From: the human T2T-CHM13v2.0 reference genome, Homo sapiens
Length of the DNA stretch: 64,000 nucleotides
Assembly (NCBI RefSeq): GCF_009914755.1
Contig: NC_060940.1
Strand: one strand, 5' to 3'
Shown here: one piece after another, positions 1 through 21,787 of the stretch
Position numbering within the stretch: the stretch's first letter is position 1
Layout: the number at the start of each line of letters is the position of its first letter
Notes under the pieces: model-generated
Seen by the model: the letters and a program-made list of their open reading frames with translations, nothing else
Told to the model about the DNA's origin: nothing
The model's database searches: none
Translations under genes and position numbers: made by a program

Positions 1-287
1 CGGGACTGAAATCATCCAGCGTTCCCCTTAGTCAAGCTGTGAGTCCTGGTACCCACTGCCTCAGGCGGGAGGAAGGGCCCATTTTTGTAATTCCACCACC
101 CAAACAAAGGTGGGAGGAGTGCTTTGGGCAACTCACTGGCACCCATGGGGTGCCTTTTTGTGATTCCCACAAAGGCATCATACGTGCTAGAAGTGATCCC
201 AGAGTTTTGATACACAAAGCCTGGAACTGCCCAAATTTTGTCCCTCTAGTTTCTTCCCTGACTCGTTCCTGGTTATGGTGGGGTTTA

Positions 288-659
<372 letters not shown>

Positions 660-964
660 TTACCACGGTCTGTGAGATCCGGCTCCCGGCCAGCGCTCCA
701 GCCTCATTTTCTCCCCATCCTTCCTGCTCACTGCCTGTCCCCGTCACAGACCTCCTAAGCGTTCACAAATATGCCAAACCATATTCCCACCTCTGGACCT
801 TTGCATGGGCCTGGAATGTTCTTCCCACACATGACCACATGGCTTGCTTCTTGACTGCATTTTGCGTTCTTCAAACATCACCCTCGTGTTGCACTCTTCC
901 TTGCACACCCCATTAAAAATAACAGCTCCCTACCACCTTTTCTCCTCTGCAGTATAATTTTCTT

Positions 965-1034
965 TCTTTTTTTTTTTTTTTTTTTTGAGATGGATTCTCA
1001 CTCTGTCGCCCAGGCTGGAGTGCGGTGGCATGAT
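965..1034 (-). mobile_element. Severely 5'-truncated Alu with 20-bp TSD
   Basis: poly-T plus ~48 nt of Alu 3' end, flanked by CTCTGCAGTATAATTTTCTT at 945-964 and 1035-1054. Confidence 0.9.
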
Positions 1035-1229
1035 CTCTGCAGTATAATTTTCTTACCACTTCCTGACATATTTGTATTTATTTATTATCTTCCTCTCCCA
1101 CAGTTTATGGGGAAATCTTTGCCTTGTTCACAGTGTCTGGGATATCATAGGTGTCCAAGAATGATTGGTGAATGAATAAGCAAATTGGTCAGTCAGTTGA
1201 TTATATCCAATTCATATTATGAAAATTCC

Positions 1230-1555
1230 AGCCAGGTGCAGTGGCTCGTGCCTGTAATCCTAGCACTTTGGGTGGCCAAGGTGGGAGGATTGCTTGAGCC
1301 CAGGAGTTCAAGACCAGCCTTGGCAACATGGTGAGACTCCATTTCTATAAATATTTAAAAATTAGTCAGGCATGGTGGATTGCACCTGTAGTCCCAGCTA
1401 CTCAGGTGGCTGAGGTGGGAGAAGTGCTTGAGCCCGGGAGGTCAAGGCTGCAGTGAGCCATGACCACACCACTGCACTCCAGTTTGGGTAACAGAGTGAG
1501 ACCCTGTCGGAAGAAAGAAAGAGAGAAAGAGAGAGAGAGAAAGAAAGAAAGAAAA
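1230..1555 (+). mobile_element. AluJ-like element with (GAAA/GA)n tail
   Basis: GCTTGAGCCCAGGAG / GTCAAGGCTGCAG AluJ diagnostics. Confidence 0.9.
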
Positions 1556-1861
1556 CTCTGACTATATTCCTATGCCCTCATTATTCCCCACATCCCAGCC
1601 ACCGATCCATGGTGCCACTTTTAAAAGTTTGTATAGAAGGGGAAATGTTAGGTCTCACTGCACCCCATAACCTTGCGTATTGAGTATGATGGGCATAAAA
1701 TACCATCTACTAGATGATGGAATTGTAAAGACTGAGGGGGATGATTCAATAAAGAGGTTGGCAGTGTACGCTGGGTCAGCACCCAATAAACATTATGTAC
1801 ATTTACTATCATTATAATGGGAAGTGAAATCAGATCATTTGGAGATGCAACAAAAGAGAAT

Positions 1862-2570
<709 letters not shown>

Positions 2571-2603
2571 AAGGTAATCATAAATGTTGTCTCTTCTGTT
2601 TAG

Positions 2604-2682
2604 AAACATCTTTTTGAAAATATCAATCATTGGCATTCTTTGTTACTATTGGCTCAACACCGTGGCCCTGTCTGGTGAAGAG
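2604..2682 (+). CDS. TMC5: TMC5 internal coding exon ((R)NIFLKISIIGILCYYWLNTVALSGEE)
   Basis: tttag| acceptor and |gtgag donor; 79 nt (1+26 codons), in phase with next exon; TMC-family transmembrane segment. Confidence 0.93.
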
Positions 2683-3613
2683 GTGAGATTCTATGCTTCT
2701 CTGCCTTAAGTTTGGTTTCTTAGCATTTGACCAACAGGGAGGACAGGGGTTTCTCAAGAGCCATCACACTCCGTATTTGGTATTAATCCCTTGTGGGAAG
2801 AGAATGAAAACTAATCTGGAAAGCAACATAAGGCAAAATGGGTCTCAACAAAAAAGCTCAGGTTCTAGAGTCAGGAGGACCTGATTTGAAGGCCAGCTGT
2901 GCTGTGTCATCTTCCGAGTCACTTAATCTCTTTGAGCCTCAGTTTTCTCATCTGTAAAATTGGGATTAAATGATATCATGTGTAGTATAAGTTCAGTGCC
3001 CAGCATATGCAATAGACACTAGTAATTTTAGTGCTAGTCTGTCCTAACAGCTTTGGGGTTGGACAAAATTCTTTTTGATCCTTGATGTTCTATTTTTCCT
3101 GTAACCTAGATACCCTGGGCTTTACCAATATGTAAACTCATAAATGCTGGCAGTAACAATTATGTCCTAATGCTGACTGTTTCTGGCCGTCCTTCACTTA
3201 ACTACAGTTTCTAGTCTTCACTGACCTCAGAGAATGGGTGCCTGAGGGTGGTGTCCCATGTGGATTTAGGAACAAGCCAGCCTCCCTGGCCTTCTCATTG
3301 GGATGCCTCTGCCCCTGCTACTGCATCCCCCATGAGAATGTGCCTTCACATCACACAGCAATCCTTAGCTGATGGTCATTGTGAGCTCTCAGATACCCAG
3401 GATGCCCTGGGGTTGGAAGTAGAGTCAGGAATCAGGAGTCTCTCTCTATTTCTCTGTCACCCATTATTCCTGGGCCCTAAAATAGCTCTGTTGTGTCTAT
3501 ACTCAAACCATCTTACATGAACATGGCACCCTCAACTTCTCTCCCTAATTGTCGAAGAGATTCAAAATCAGCCCTCCAAGTTAGTATGGTTAGAGCAGAT
3601 ACCATATTCTTCT

Positions 3614-3997
3614 TCCATGCATTCATCCATTCATGCATCCATCCATCCATTCCCCCATCATTCATTTATCCATCCATGCATCTATTCATCTGTCCATCCA
3701 TGTATCCATCTATCCATTCATTCATACATCCATCCACTTATCCATTTATCCATCCATGTATGGATCCATCCATCCATCCATATATTTATCTATTCATTCA
3801 TGTATTCATCCATCCATTTATCTAACCATCCATCCATTTATTCATCCACATATTCATTCATGCATGCATCCATCTATCTGTCAATTCATGTATTCATCCA
3901 GCCATCTATTCATCCATCCATTCATCCATCCATCTATATACCCATCTATCCACTCATCCATCATCCATCCATTTACCCATCCATCATCCATCCATCC
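3614..3997. repeat. Degenerate (TCCA/TTCA)n tetranucleotide array, ~380 nt
   Basis: repeated CATCCATCCATTCATTCAT units; source of the His/Pro/Ser/Ile ORFs. Confidence 0.95.
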
Positions 3998-4594
3998 TTG
4001 GGCTGTGCACCCAAAAGTTTCCTCTCCTCCTTCAGCCAAATCTAAAAGCTCCCAGTCTATCAGCTGATAGCACTGACTTCCTGCAGAAGTTCCTAGCCAC
4101 TAGTTTCATAAACTGACTAATTTGAGCTTCCAGTTTACACTAGCCTACTAAACCTCTAGGCCACTTTCTTAATCAAGCAGACATTAATTGATTTTTTGTA
4201 AGGTAAATAAGCAAAAAGAGTGAAGGCATTCTTAGCCATTGGCACTTCTGGCTCTGTTGAAGAAACCGATTACCCTTGGCTGAGAAATGGGATCCAGAGA
4301 GGATAGGGCAGGGAAGAAAAGTTTTACGGGGAGAGATCATGAACAGGGAAAGTTTGGGTATGTGTGGAAGGCAAGCTTTAATGGGAGAAAGAAGGAAACC
4401 CAAAAGAGAACAACATCCCTGGGAACAAACTCAGCTGCATTTTTTCAGAGTGGGTCTACTTTTTTGAGTACACAAGGACTTGGTCAAACCCAACCATTAG
4501 CTATGTCCTGATGGGTACATAGAGCCAGGAACAGAGGAGAATTGAGCTGAGGCCACAGCCCCTTCCCACATCCTGACTCTTGTTTGCCTTCCAG

Positions 4595-4692
4595 TGTTGG
4601 GAAACCCTCATTGGCCAGGACATCTACCGGCTCCTTCTGATGGATTTTGTGTTCTCTTTAGTCAATTCCTTCCTGGGGGAGTTTCTGAGGAG
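4595..4692 (+). CDS. TMC5: TMC5 coding exon ([33 protein letters not shown]), start of TMC domain
   Basis: ccag|...|gtaaat; encodes the TMC-family signature CWETxxGQxxYRL; 98 nt. Confidence 0.96.
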
Positions 4693-4975
4693 GTAAATAT
4701 TTGCCATTCTTAAGTAATTAGGGCCTGATGCTGTAAACAGAACCTGATTCCTGGCTGAGTGGGACATACAGGTGCCTGACATACTCAAAGCGTGCGTTGT
4801 TCCAAGTCTGCCTGTTGTCCTTGGGGATACTGTTCACTTCTAAATTAGCTAAAATTTCACCTTAACCTGACAGTTCTGTTGTCATAGTTCACTCGGTTCA
4901 GTTGACCTTTTACAACCTTTTGAAAACAAATTCTAAAAATAAAAGACAGAAACTGAGCCATTTGAAATCTTATCC

Positions 4976-6033
<1,058 letters not shown>

Positions 6034-6531
6034 TCATCTTTATGAATAAATTAATATGAAATCAAGTTTCCCCAGAGTAAATGGAAACTTGGTTTCCTTC
6101 TTGTGGATTTAGAACACAGGGAAACATAATTTGATAGCAGCAACCAAAAATTTAAAAATGTTTATTTGAGTTGAGAGGTGCTGAGTTCATCTGGTTCATG
6201 AAAAAATAAGGTTTAATTAGCAAAGAGGGGTATAAGATAATAGTGGGATAATTTAAATGTTCAGGGTAACAAATATTCTCTAGAATTTTTTAAATCACTT
6301 TAGCAGTACCCCCACTAGACTGCATTGTGTTAAATTAGTTTTCCCTCAATCCCTTCAATTACTTCTTCAAAAACATGCTTATAGATTTAGAACTTTTGAA
6401 AAATTTTCAAGGGAACTTACGACTTTATTTCAAGCTGGGGAGGGTCTCTTTTGTTGATTGTCCTAGTCTGTGGGGGATCTTCTGAAAGTGGGAGTTATGG
6501 TTTGGGTACTAAACTCAGTATGTTTTCACAG

Positions 6532-6627
6532 AATCATTGGGATGCAACTGATCACAAGTCTTGGCCTTCAGGAGTTTGACATTGCCAGGAACGTTCTAGA
6601 ACTGATCTATGCACAAACTCTGGTGTG
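6532..6627 (+). CDS. TMC5: TMC5 coding exon (IIGMQLITSLGLQEFDIARNVLELIYAQTLVW)
   Basis: cacag|...|gtaagt; EFDIxxNVLxLIYxQ TMC motif; 96 nt, phases match neighbours. Confidence 0.96.
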
Positions 6628-6917
6628 GTAAGTTTTGTGACTCAGCAAAATGCCCAGTGGTTCCCACATGACTGTGGAGCTGGTGTTTTGGTGGCAAAGT
6701 CCCAGAATCTGTTGTTTTTAAAGCTGCAGGGGTGATACCCCATCCAGCCAGTCTGAGAACCATGAATTTAGCATTTAGACTATCATTTTCCTTTATGAGA
6801 GCTTAAGGACTTCAGACAAGAATCAGCATAGAGCAGGGATCGCAACCTGGAAGCCCACAGGTCGTGTCCAGCTTTGCAGGTGTGTTTCTTTTGTCCCTAA
6901 AAATATGAATTAACCAC

Positions 6918-7584
6918 TGCTATGGTCTCAATGTTTGGGTCTCCCCTCAAATTCATATGTTGAAACCTTACTTCCAATGTGATGGAGGTGGGGTCTTTGG
7001 GAGGTGATTTGATCTTTGACATGGCCCTTAGGAATAGGATTAGTGCCCTTATAAACAAGGCCTGAGAGACCCCTTGCCCCTTCTACCACGTGGGGACATG
7101 GAGAGAAGGCAACATCTGGGAATCACTAAGCAGGGCCTCACCAGACACTGAATCTACCAGCACCTTGATCTTGGACTTCCCAACCTCCAGAACCATAAGA
7201 AATAAATTTCTGCTGTTTTATTTATTTATTTTTATTTTTTAGACGGAGTCTCCCTCTGTCGCCCAGGCTGGAGTGCAGTGGTGTGATTTCGGCTCACTGC
7301 AACCTCCGCCTCCTAGGTTCAAGTGATTCTCCTGCCTGTCTCCCAAGTAGCTGGGACTATAGGCATGTGCCACCATGCCCAGCCAATTTTTGTATTTTTA
7401 GTAGAGATGGGGTTTCATCATGTTGGCCAGGCTGGTCTTGAACTCCTGACCTCAGGTGATCCGCCCACCTTGGTGGATCCCAAAGTGTTGGGATTACAAG
7501 CATGAGCCACCACACCCAGCCTCTGCTATTTATAAGCCACCCAGTTTATGGAGTTATAGTTATAGCAGCCTGATGGACTAACAC
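6918..7584 (+). mobile_element. MaLR LTR (MLT1A-like) interrupted by an antisense Alu (~7216-7521)
   Basis: TGCTATGG...ATTCATATGTTGAAA...GATCTTGGACTTCCC...AATAAATTTCTG...TTATAGCAGCC...CTAACACA. Confidence 0.8.
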
Positions 7585-8041
7585 ACCACCTATATTTAAA
7601 CTTCAGGAGATTTCACATAACACCTAAATTTCTGGCTTCTCTCCAGAAACATCTGGCTTCTCTCCACAAAGATCTGTGGCAAACTGAGCATCTCCAGTTT
7701 GTCACAATCTCCACCTTTAACTGTTGTCTGTTAGCATTGATTTGCCATTTTGCTTTGTCCTTAGGTTGTTTCAATGCAAACTTTACTTTGCATCCATGTC
7801 TCCACAGCAATGGGAGAATAAAGAAACACACAGAGAGGGCTGTGTGTTTCTTATATTTGATACACCATTTGGTGGGTTCTCTATAGTTTTTTGGATTTGT
7901 GACGTCTGTTTTAGAAACTCTGCGTGCATTGAGAATAGCCAACTGCTTGCAGCAAATATTTTTACAAACTCACCTAGACACTGCAAACAATTAGCCAGTG
8001 GCTGTGTTTCCTTATTTATTTATTTATTTATTTATTTTTAA

Positions 8042-9945
<1,904 letters not shown>

Positions 9946-11287
9946 AATTACCATTATGACTTCTGGGCCTTTGAGATTTTTGTTGATAAATCATGAATAA
10001 GCACCATCAAAAACACATCTTTTTTTTTTTTCTCCATGGTTATTTCAGTTCTAACCTTTGTGGGTTTTAGGAGAATATTGCCTTTGATGATGAGTTTTAC
10101 AAGAAGATAATATAATGACAGAAAAGGATATATGTTAGGGACAGTAGTAGAGATGAAGTGAGGAACATGTTTCCCAAGTTTTAGTCTATTGTACACTAGC
10201 CTGCCTATTTTTTGGTATAGTGACGTTTCACCTGTACCATTATCTACTTAATTTTTTTTATTATTTGCCTTTTTTTTTTTTTTTTACTCAAATAAGTTTT
10301 TTTTTAATGCCATGGTAGATGATAACTGCTTTTCATCAGCCTCCCAAAGTGCTGGGATAACAGGAGTGAGCCACCATGTCCATTTATTCTTCTCAAAAAA
10401 CCCTGTGAGTAGGTACTAGTACGTCCACCATTTAAAGATTAGAAAACTAAGGTTTAGAGAGAGTTTAAGTAACTTGCCCAACGGCATCCTAGTTGAAATA
10501 ATGCAGAAGAAAGGCCTTTGTAAATGGCCAGACTGCTTTTCCCAACATCGGCAATCTTCCTGGGGTCAGTAAGACCCTAGATGTCAAAACGTCAGGTGCC
10601 TGCCACCACGCCCAGCTAATTTTTGTATTTTTAGTAGAGATGGGGGTTTTGCCATGTTGGCCAGGCTGGTTTCGAACTCCTAACCTCAGGTGATCTGCCC
10701 GCTTCGGCCTCCAAAAGTGATGAGATTACAGGCATGAGCCACCACGCCTGGCCTCTCACATATATTTTTAAGGGAGTCTTTATTTACAATCATAAATGGA
10801 AAACCAGTGCCATTTGAAAGAAATCACAAATAACTGGAAAAATAAAAGCAATCCCATTCCAAAAAGTCATTAAATTCTAGCGAGATGTTACAGTTTGCTA
10901 AGGCTCTCAGCCCGAAGCCTACTCCTTTCTTGTTAAAAAATGGGAGAATGGCATTCTAGAACCACACTGAGATTTTCTCCTTTTGTTGCTCACGAGCACC
11001 GCGGGAGAGTTGTGAAGGGAATGCCTTTCTCATTTGGAACTCAGTGCTATTCAGTGCCTTGTCCCTACAGGACCTCAGACCTTGAATACCATGGGGGAGG
11101 AAGAAGGAGAGGGGCAAGGCATGTGGGACATGCTAGCTTAGGGCATGCTGAATACCATCTGTTGGTTTAATAGGTGGGTGGGAGATTTCTCTATAAAATC
11201 TCTTTTCCAGAGCTGGGAAGAAGGCAGCTGAGGATACTGGGTATGGTGGGAATCTGCCTAATTTGCTGGGATGGAAGCAGGCCCCCT

Positions 11288-12008
<721 letters not shown>

Positions 12009-12100
12009 TATCTTCTTTCTCTTCCCCCCAACCATCCCAGATTCACCCCGACTCCTTGTGTCTCCGCCAGCCTCTGACACTCACCCTCTCTCCCTCACAG

Positions 12101-12176
12101 GATTGGCATCTTCTTCTGCCCCCTGCTGCCCTTTATCCAAATGATTATGCTTTTCATCATGTTCTACTCCAAAAAT
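12101..12176 (+). CDS. TMC5: TMC5 coding exon (IGIFFCPLLPFIQMIMLFIMFYSKN)
   Basis: cacag|...|gtgagt; GxFFCPLLP TMC motif; 76 nt. Confidence 0.96.
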
Positions 12177-12348
12177 GTGAGTCAGTCCGACATTGCCATC
12201 AATCAGCTTTGTTCAGTCACCTGTGACCTGGTGGCGCTTAAAGCTGGGGAAGGGGGCTCTGCAAAGGTGTCAGGAAGCCAGGCCTGGCTGGGGTCCCTCT
12301 GCCGCTGCTCCGGCTGCAGATGGGAGGTGGCTGCCTCTCTCTCTTCAG

Positions 12349-12482
12349 ATCAGCCTGATGATGAATTTCCAGCCTCCGAGCAAAGCCTGGCGGGCCTCAC
12401 AGATGATGACTTTCTTCATCTTCTTGCTCTTTTTCCCATCCTTCACCGGGGTCTTGTGCACCCTGGCCATCACCATCTGGAG
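12349..12482 (+). CDS. TMC5: TMC5 coding exon (ISLMMNFQPPSKAWRASQMMTFFIFLLFFPSFTGVLCTLAITIWR)
   Basis: ttcag|...|gtagga; 134 nt; matches ORF-track 12193..12486 peptide. Confidence 0.95.
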
Positions 12483-12561
12483 GTAGGAGAAGGTGGCCTT
12501 GGGGGAGGTTTTAGAGACTGGGTGGATGGGTGTGTGTTTTAAAACGTAGGTTTTATTATAA

Positions 12562-13406
<845 letters not shown>

Positions 13407-14139
13407 AGTGCCTAACTCAAGTTCCCTGGCTAACCAACAGACACTAAAAGCCAGGGAGGGAATGCATCCTAGTTTGATCACCACCCATCCGATGCCCACG
13501 GTCAGGAGTAGCTTTCTCACTTCTGCCAAGAACTGAAGCTTCCCAGAATGGGGAGATGCCCCCCCACCCCGTTCCTCCACATCCAGAACAGAACTTCATC
13601 TAAATTAACAGAAAGGCAGGACTCATCTGGCTCCTCCCACCTCTCCAACCCCACTTCCCTTTGGCTCCACTGTTCCCCGCCCCACCACCCTCACCCCATT
13701 CCTGGAAGCCAGCAAGCCCCTCCCAACAAGGGCAGAGTCCTCTGAGTGAAGTCCTTTTCCCACTCCCTTTGCTTGGCTGCCTCCTCTCCACCCTCTGATT
13801 CTCAGCTCCAAGGCCCTCTCCAAGATCTGATCTTCACAGCCCTCCTTGTCTGCTCTCAGTTCCCCACTGCTTCTCTCTCTCAGACCTGAGTTTCTTTCCT
13901 TCATTCTATCATTCATAATCAGGAATGCCTCTGTGTGAGTCTTTAATTGTTACTCAACGATTGTCCGTTTTTCCCACCAGAATGTAATCCCAATAGGGCA
14001 GGAACTTGCTTAATATGAAGTCCCCAGAGCCTGACTAGAACAGTGCTTAACAGAATAAGCCATGGTTGAATGAACAATTGAATGAATTAATGAACAAGGG
14101 AGATGATTTTTAGGACACATGTGAAACTGGGGCTCTCAG

Positions 14140-14249
14140 TTCCTTGCTCCACAACACCCTTGCTCCTCTTGGCATATCCACTCTCTTCTCTCTCTTCCTT
14201 GCTCCACAACGCCCTTGCTCCTCTTGGCATATCCACTCTCTTCTCTCTC
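14140..14249. repeat. 55-bp tandem duplication (2 copies, 1 mismatch)
   Basis: 14140-14194 vs 14195-14249. Confidence 0.95.
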
Positions 14250-14339
14250 TTCCTCACCAGTTCCTTGTTGCCCTATAGTTTCTGCTCATTCCTCCATAGC
14301 TAACAGGCTTCCCTCTTTATGCTTCTTAATTCAATTTCT

Positions 14340-15240
<901 letters not shown>

Positions 15241-15549
15241 TAATTCAACTTCTTAAGAAAAAAAGTCTGACTGCCCCCATTCATATCATTGAGCCAAGTT
15301 ACTGCAGAAGTCACTGCTTGGCCTTTGGATTGGCTGCTGTTGGGTCAGCTCTGATCTGAGAGCCGGTCCTTAGAGTACAGGTCACCCCAGCAAGGCTGAG
15401 AGCAAGAGGGTTTCTTTGGGAAGTGGGTGTGATTGGATCAGGCAAGACTTGATGTTTTCAGGCCCAGAGCCCAGAAGGGACACCCTGATTCTAGAATAAC
15501 CATCCCTGAGTCTTGTGCTAGAGATGTTCTTCCATCTTTGTTTTACCAG

Positions 15550-15723
15550 ATTGAAGCCTTCAGCTGACTGTGGCCCTTTTCGAGGTCTGCCTCTCTTCAT
15601 TCACTCCATCTACAGCTGGATCGACACCCTAAGTACACGGCCTGGCTACCTGTGGGTTGTTTGGATCTATCGGAACCTCATTGGAAGTGTGCACTTCTTT
15701 TTCATCCTCACCCTCATTGTGCT
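15550..15723 (+). CDS. TMC5: TMC5 coding exon (LKPSADCGPFRGLPLFIHSIYSWIDTLSTRPGYLWVVWIYRNLIGSVHFFFILTLIVL)
   Basis: accag|...|gtgagt; PSxxCGPF TMC motif; 174 nt. Confidence 0.96.
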
Positions 15724-15860
15724 GTGAGTGTGGTACCCGGGGAATCTAGCAGGGAAAGCCAGGAGCTCTCGAGGGAAACAGCAGTAGGGATGTTTGGTTG
15801 GAAAGCAAATGGCTATAGCATAGCTCAGTGTTCTGGGTGACTCTACCCTTGCATAGGTAG

Positions 15861-16190
15861 TTTTCTTTCCTTCCTTCCTTCCTTCCTTCCTTCCTTCCTT
15901 CCTTCCTTCCTTCCTTCCTTCCTTCCCTTCCTTTTTTTCTTTTCTCTTCTCTTCCCTTCCCCTCCCTCCCTCTCTTTCTCCCTTTCTCCCTTCCCTTTCC
16001 TTTCAGTTCCGTTCCTTTCCTCTTCATTTTTTCTTCCTTCCTTCCTTCCTTCTTTCTCCCTTCCCTTCCCTTCCCTTCCCCTTCTTTCTCCCTTCCCCTC
16101 CCTTCCCTTCCCTTCCCCTTCCCCTCCCTTCCCTTCCCTTCCCCTTCTCCTTCCTTCCTTCCTTCCTTCCTTACTTCTCTCTTTCTTTTT
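15861..16190. repeat. Polypyrimidine tract with (TTCC)15 and (CCCTT)n
   Basis: perfect TTCC run 15867-15926; nearly purine-free for ~330 nt, abutting an antisense Alu. Confidence 0.95.
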
Positions 16191-16697
16191 TGGTTGAGAC
16201 AGGGTCATGATCTCTCACTCAGGCTAGACTGTAGCGGCATGGTCATGGCTTGCTGCAACCTCAACCTTTCAGGCTCAAGCCATCCTCCCACCTCAGCCCC
16301 CAAGTAGCTGGGCTTGCAGGTGTGCACCACTACACTTGGCTAATTTTTAAATTTTTTGGAGAAATGGGGTCTCCCTGTGTTGCCCAGGCTGGTCTCAAAC
16401 TCCTGGCCTCAAATTATCCTCCTGCCTCAGCTTCTCAAAGTGTTGGGATTACAGGTGTTAGCCACCTTGCCCAAGCTTGCATTGATAGTTTTTTTGAAGT
16501 TACTTAGCCTGGTGCAGTGGCTTGTGCCTGTAGTCTGAGCTTCTTGGGAAGCTGAGATGGGAGGATTGCTTGAGCCTAGGAGTTTGAGGCTGCAGTGTTC
16601 TCTGATCGTGCCACTGCACTCCAGCCTGGGCAACAGAGCAAGACCCGATCACTGGGGGAAGGGGGGAAAGGTTATATATACTATCTTCTTGTCTTAG

Positions 16698-16907
<210 letters not shown>

Positions 16908-17315
16908 TAGCCAGGATGATCTCGATCTCCTGACCTCAAGTGATCCGCCCGCCTTGGCCTCCCAAAGTGCTGGGATTCCAGGCATGAGCCACTGTGCTGG
17001 GTCATCTTAGGGACTTTTTTTTAACTTATTCTATTAAGAAAGCAATACCTGCTTTGCTCCTCTTAAGGAGATGACATGCCCAGAGATGCTCAATTAATTG
17101 GTCTGAAGAGGAGCTGTGGCATGGGCTTATTTCCCCCTTCAGGAACCATTGTTCCAATGTATTTAACCTATAACTCTCCCTGACATGACTTTTCAGAAAC
17201 ATGTTTGGGCCAAATCCATCTGCAAGCACAGATTCCAGTTCCTTTGCATCCAGTGGAAATTCAGAGCCTGCAAAACATTTGCAAGAGTGTCATTCTTTCT
17301 TTTCTCCTCTTCCAG

Positions 17316-17394
17316 AATCATCACCTATCTTTACTGGCAGATCACAGAGGGAAGGAAGATTATGATAAGGCTGCTCCATGAGCAGATCATTAAT
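17316..17394 (+). CDS. TMC5: TMC5 coding exon (IITYLYWQITEGRKIMIRLLHEQIIN)
   Basis: long pyrimidine tract ttccag|...|gtaagt; 79 nt. Confidence 0.95.
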
Positions 17395-17630
17395 GTAAGT
17401 CCCCTTGGATCCCTCTGATGTCCGCCCTCACCCTTTTTAAATGCTGTATAAACATCCTCCAAAATAAAGAGAATACTACAATGAACTCTCATATCCCTGC
17501 TCTCAGCCCTAACAACCATCAATGTTTTTATATTCTTATTTCATCTACACTTTCTCTTCCCAGCAAATCCCTTATTTTTATTCTTAGTATTTATTTATTT
17601 TAATTATGATGATGATGATTATTATTTTGA

Positions 17631-17912
<282 letters not shown>

Positions 17913-17986
17913 TAGAGGTGGGGGTCTTGCTATGTTGCCCTGGCTGGATTCAAATTCCTGGGCTCCTGCCTCAGCCTCCGGAGTAG

Positions 17987-18448
<462 letters not shown>

Positions 18449-18626
18449 TAAAGACTTTTAAAAATAACTACAATATCATCATCACACTTAAAAAACTTAC
18501 CAATAATTTATTATTATCATCTTATATCCAATGTTTACATTTCCCCAACTGTCCCCTTAAGTGTCTTTTTATACTAGAACTGCACAAATCAGGATCTGAA
18601 AAGGGGGTACATGTTGCATTTGGTTA

Positions 18627-18664
<38 letters not shown>

Positions 18665-19455
18665 TTTTTTTTTGAGACAGAATCTCACTGTGTCTCCCAG
18701 GCTGGAACGCAGTGGCATGATTTTGGCTCACTGCAACTTCTGCCTCCTGGGTTCAAGTGATTCTCCTGCCTCAGCCTCCTGAGTAGCTGGGATTACAGGT
18801 GTGTGCCACCACGCCCAGCTAATTTTTGTATTTTTAGTAGAGACGGGGTTTCACCATGTTGACTAGGCTGGTCTCAAACTCCTGACCTCAAGTGATCCAC
18901 CCGCCTTGGCCTCCCAAAGTGCTGGGATTACAGGCGTGAGCCACTGCGCCCAGCCAATATGCCTAACTTTCTTTTACTCTATAACCATTTACCACTTCCC
19001 CTCCCCACTTCCTCTTTTCTTTTTATTGTTAAAGAATGCAGGTCATCTGTTTCATATTTTCCATATCCTACATATATCTTTTTTTTTGTTTTGACATGGA
19101 GTCTTGCTCTGGGGCACGTGCCTATGGGGGATACTGGAAACCATTTTTCCTGGCTATTGAGACGTGGCATGTAAGTTGCTTCCAGCAGCCGACTTCTGGA
19201 GGCTACTTTCTCAAGCCTGTTAGGGGAATTGCTTTAGAGGAGAATATTACAGTGCAGGAAGGCTCTGGGGGATAATTCGGTTTTACTGTGAAATGTTTCT
19301 TTTCTTTCACCAAAAGATGGCAGTAACCTCCATCCAACTTCTAGGATCCTAGCTGCCTGAAAACCGACGTTCTTCCCATCAATTGCTTTCTCAATTCCAT
19401 ACCATCATTCATTCATATTTTTGTTTCTTTCTGGTTTTGTTTTCCTTCTTGGTAG

Positions 19456-19560
19456 GAGGGCAAAGATAAAATGTTCCTGATAGAAAAATTGATCAAGCTG
19501 CAGGATATGGAGAAGAAAGCAAACCCCAGCTCACTTGTTCTGGAAAGGAGAGAGGTGGAG
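19456..19560 (+). CDS. TMC5: TMC5 coding exon (EGKDKMFLIEKLIKLQDMEKKANPSSLVLERREVE)
   Basis: ggtag|...|gtgagt; 105 nt; EGxDKxFL C-terminal TMC motif. Confidence 0.95.
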
Positions 19561-19720
19561 GTGAGTCTGGAGGCTGCCTTGGGGACCCCTGGGACACGAG
19601 CCTGCCTCCATGTAAAAAGCGCATCAGAGAACTACAGACCAAGCTCTTGGGATCATGGAAGGGCCCTTCACTCTCTGTCTTAAGAATTTCTGTGGTTTTT
19701 ACTTAAAAAGTAATATTCAT

Positions 19721-21787
<2,067 letters not shown>

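Noticed and set aside
3493-4067. His/Pro/Ser/Ile-rich ORFs in three frames
   Set aside because: Artefact of the stop-poor (TCCA)n array.
7821-7852. Perfect 13-bp hairpin AAGAAACACACAG/CTGTGTGTTTCTT as a miRNA or terminator
   Set aside because: Stem too short and low-complexity for a pre-miRNA; probably within a decayed DNA-transposon region.
15746-16208. Arg/Lys/Glu/Gly-rich minus-strand ORFs
   Set aside because: Translation of the (GGAA)n polypurine tract.
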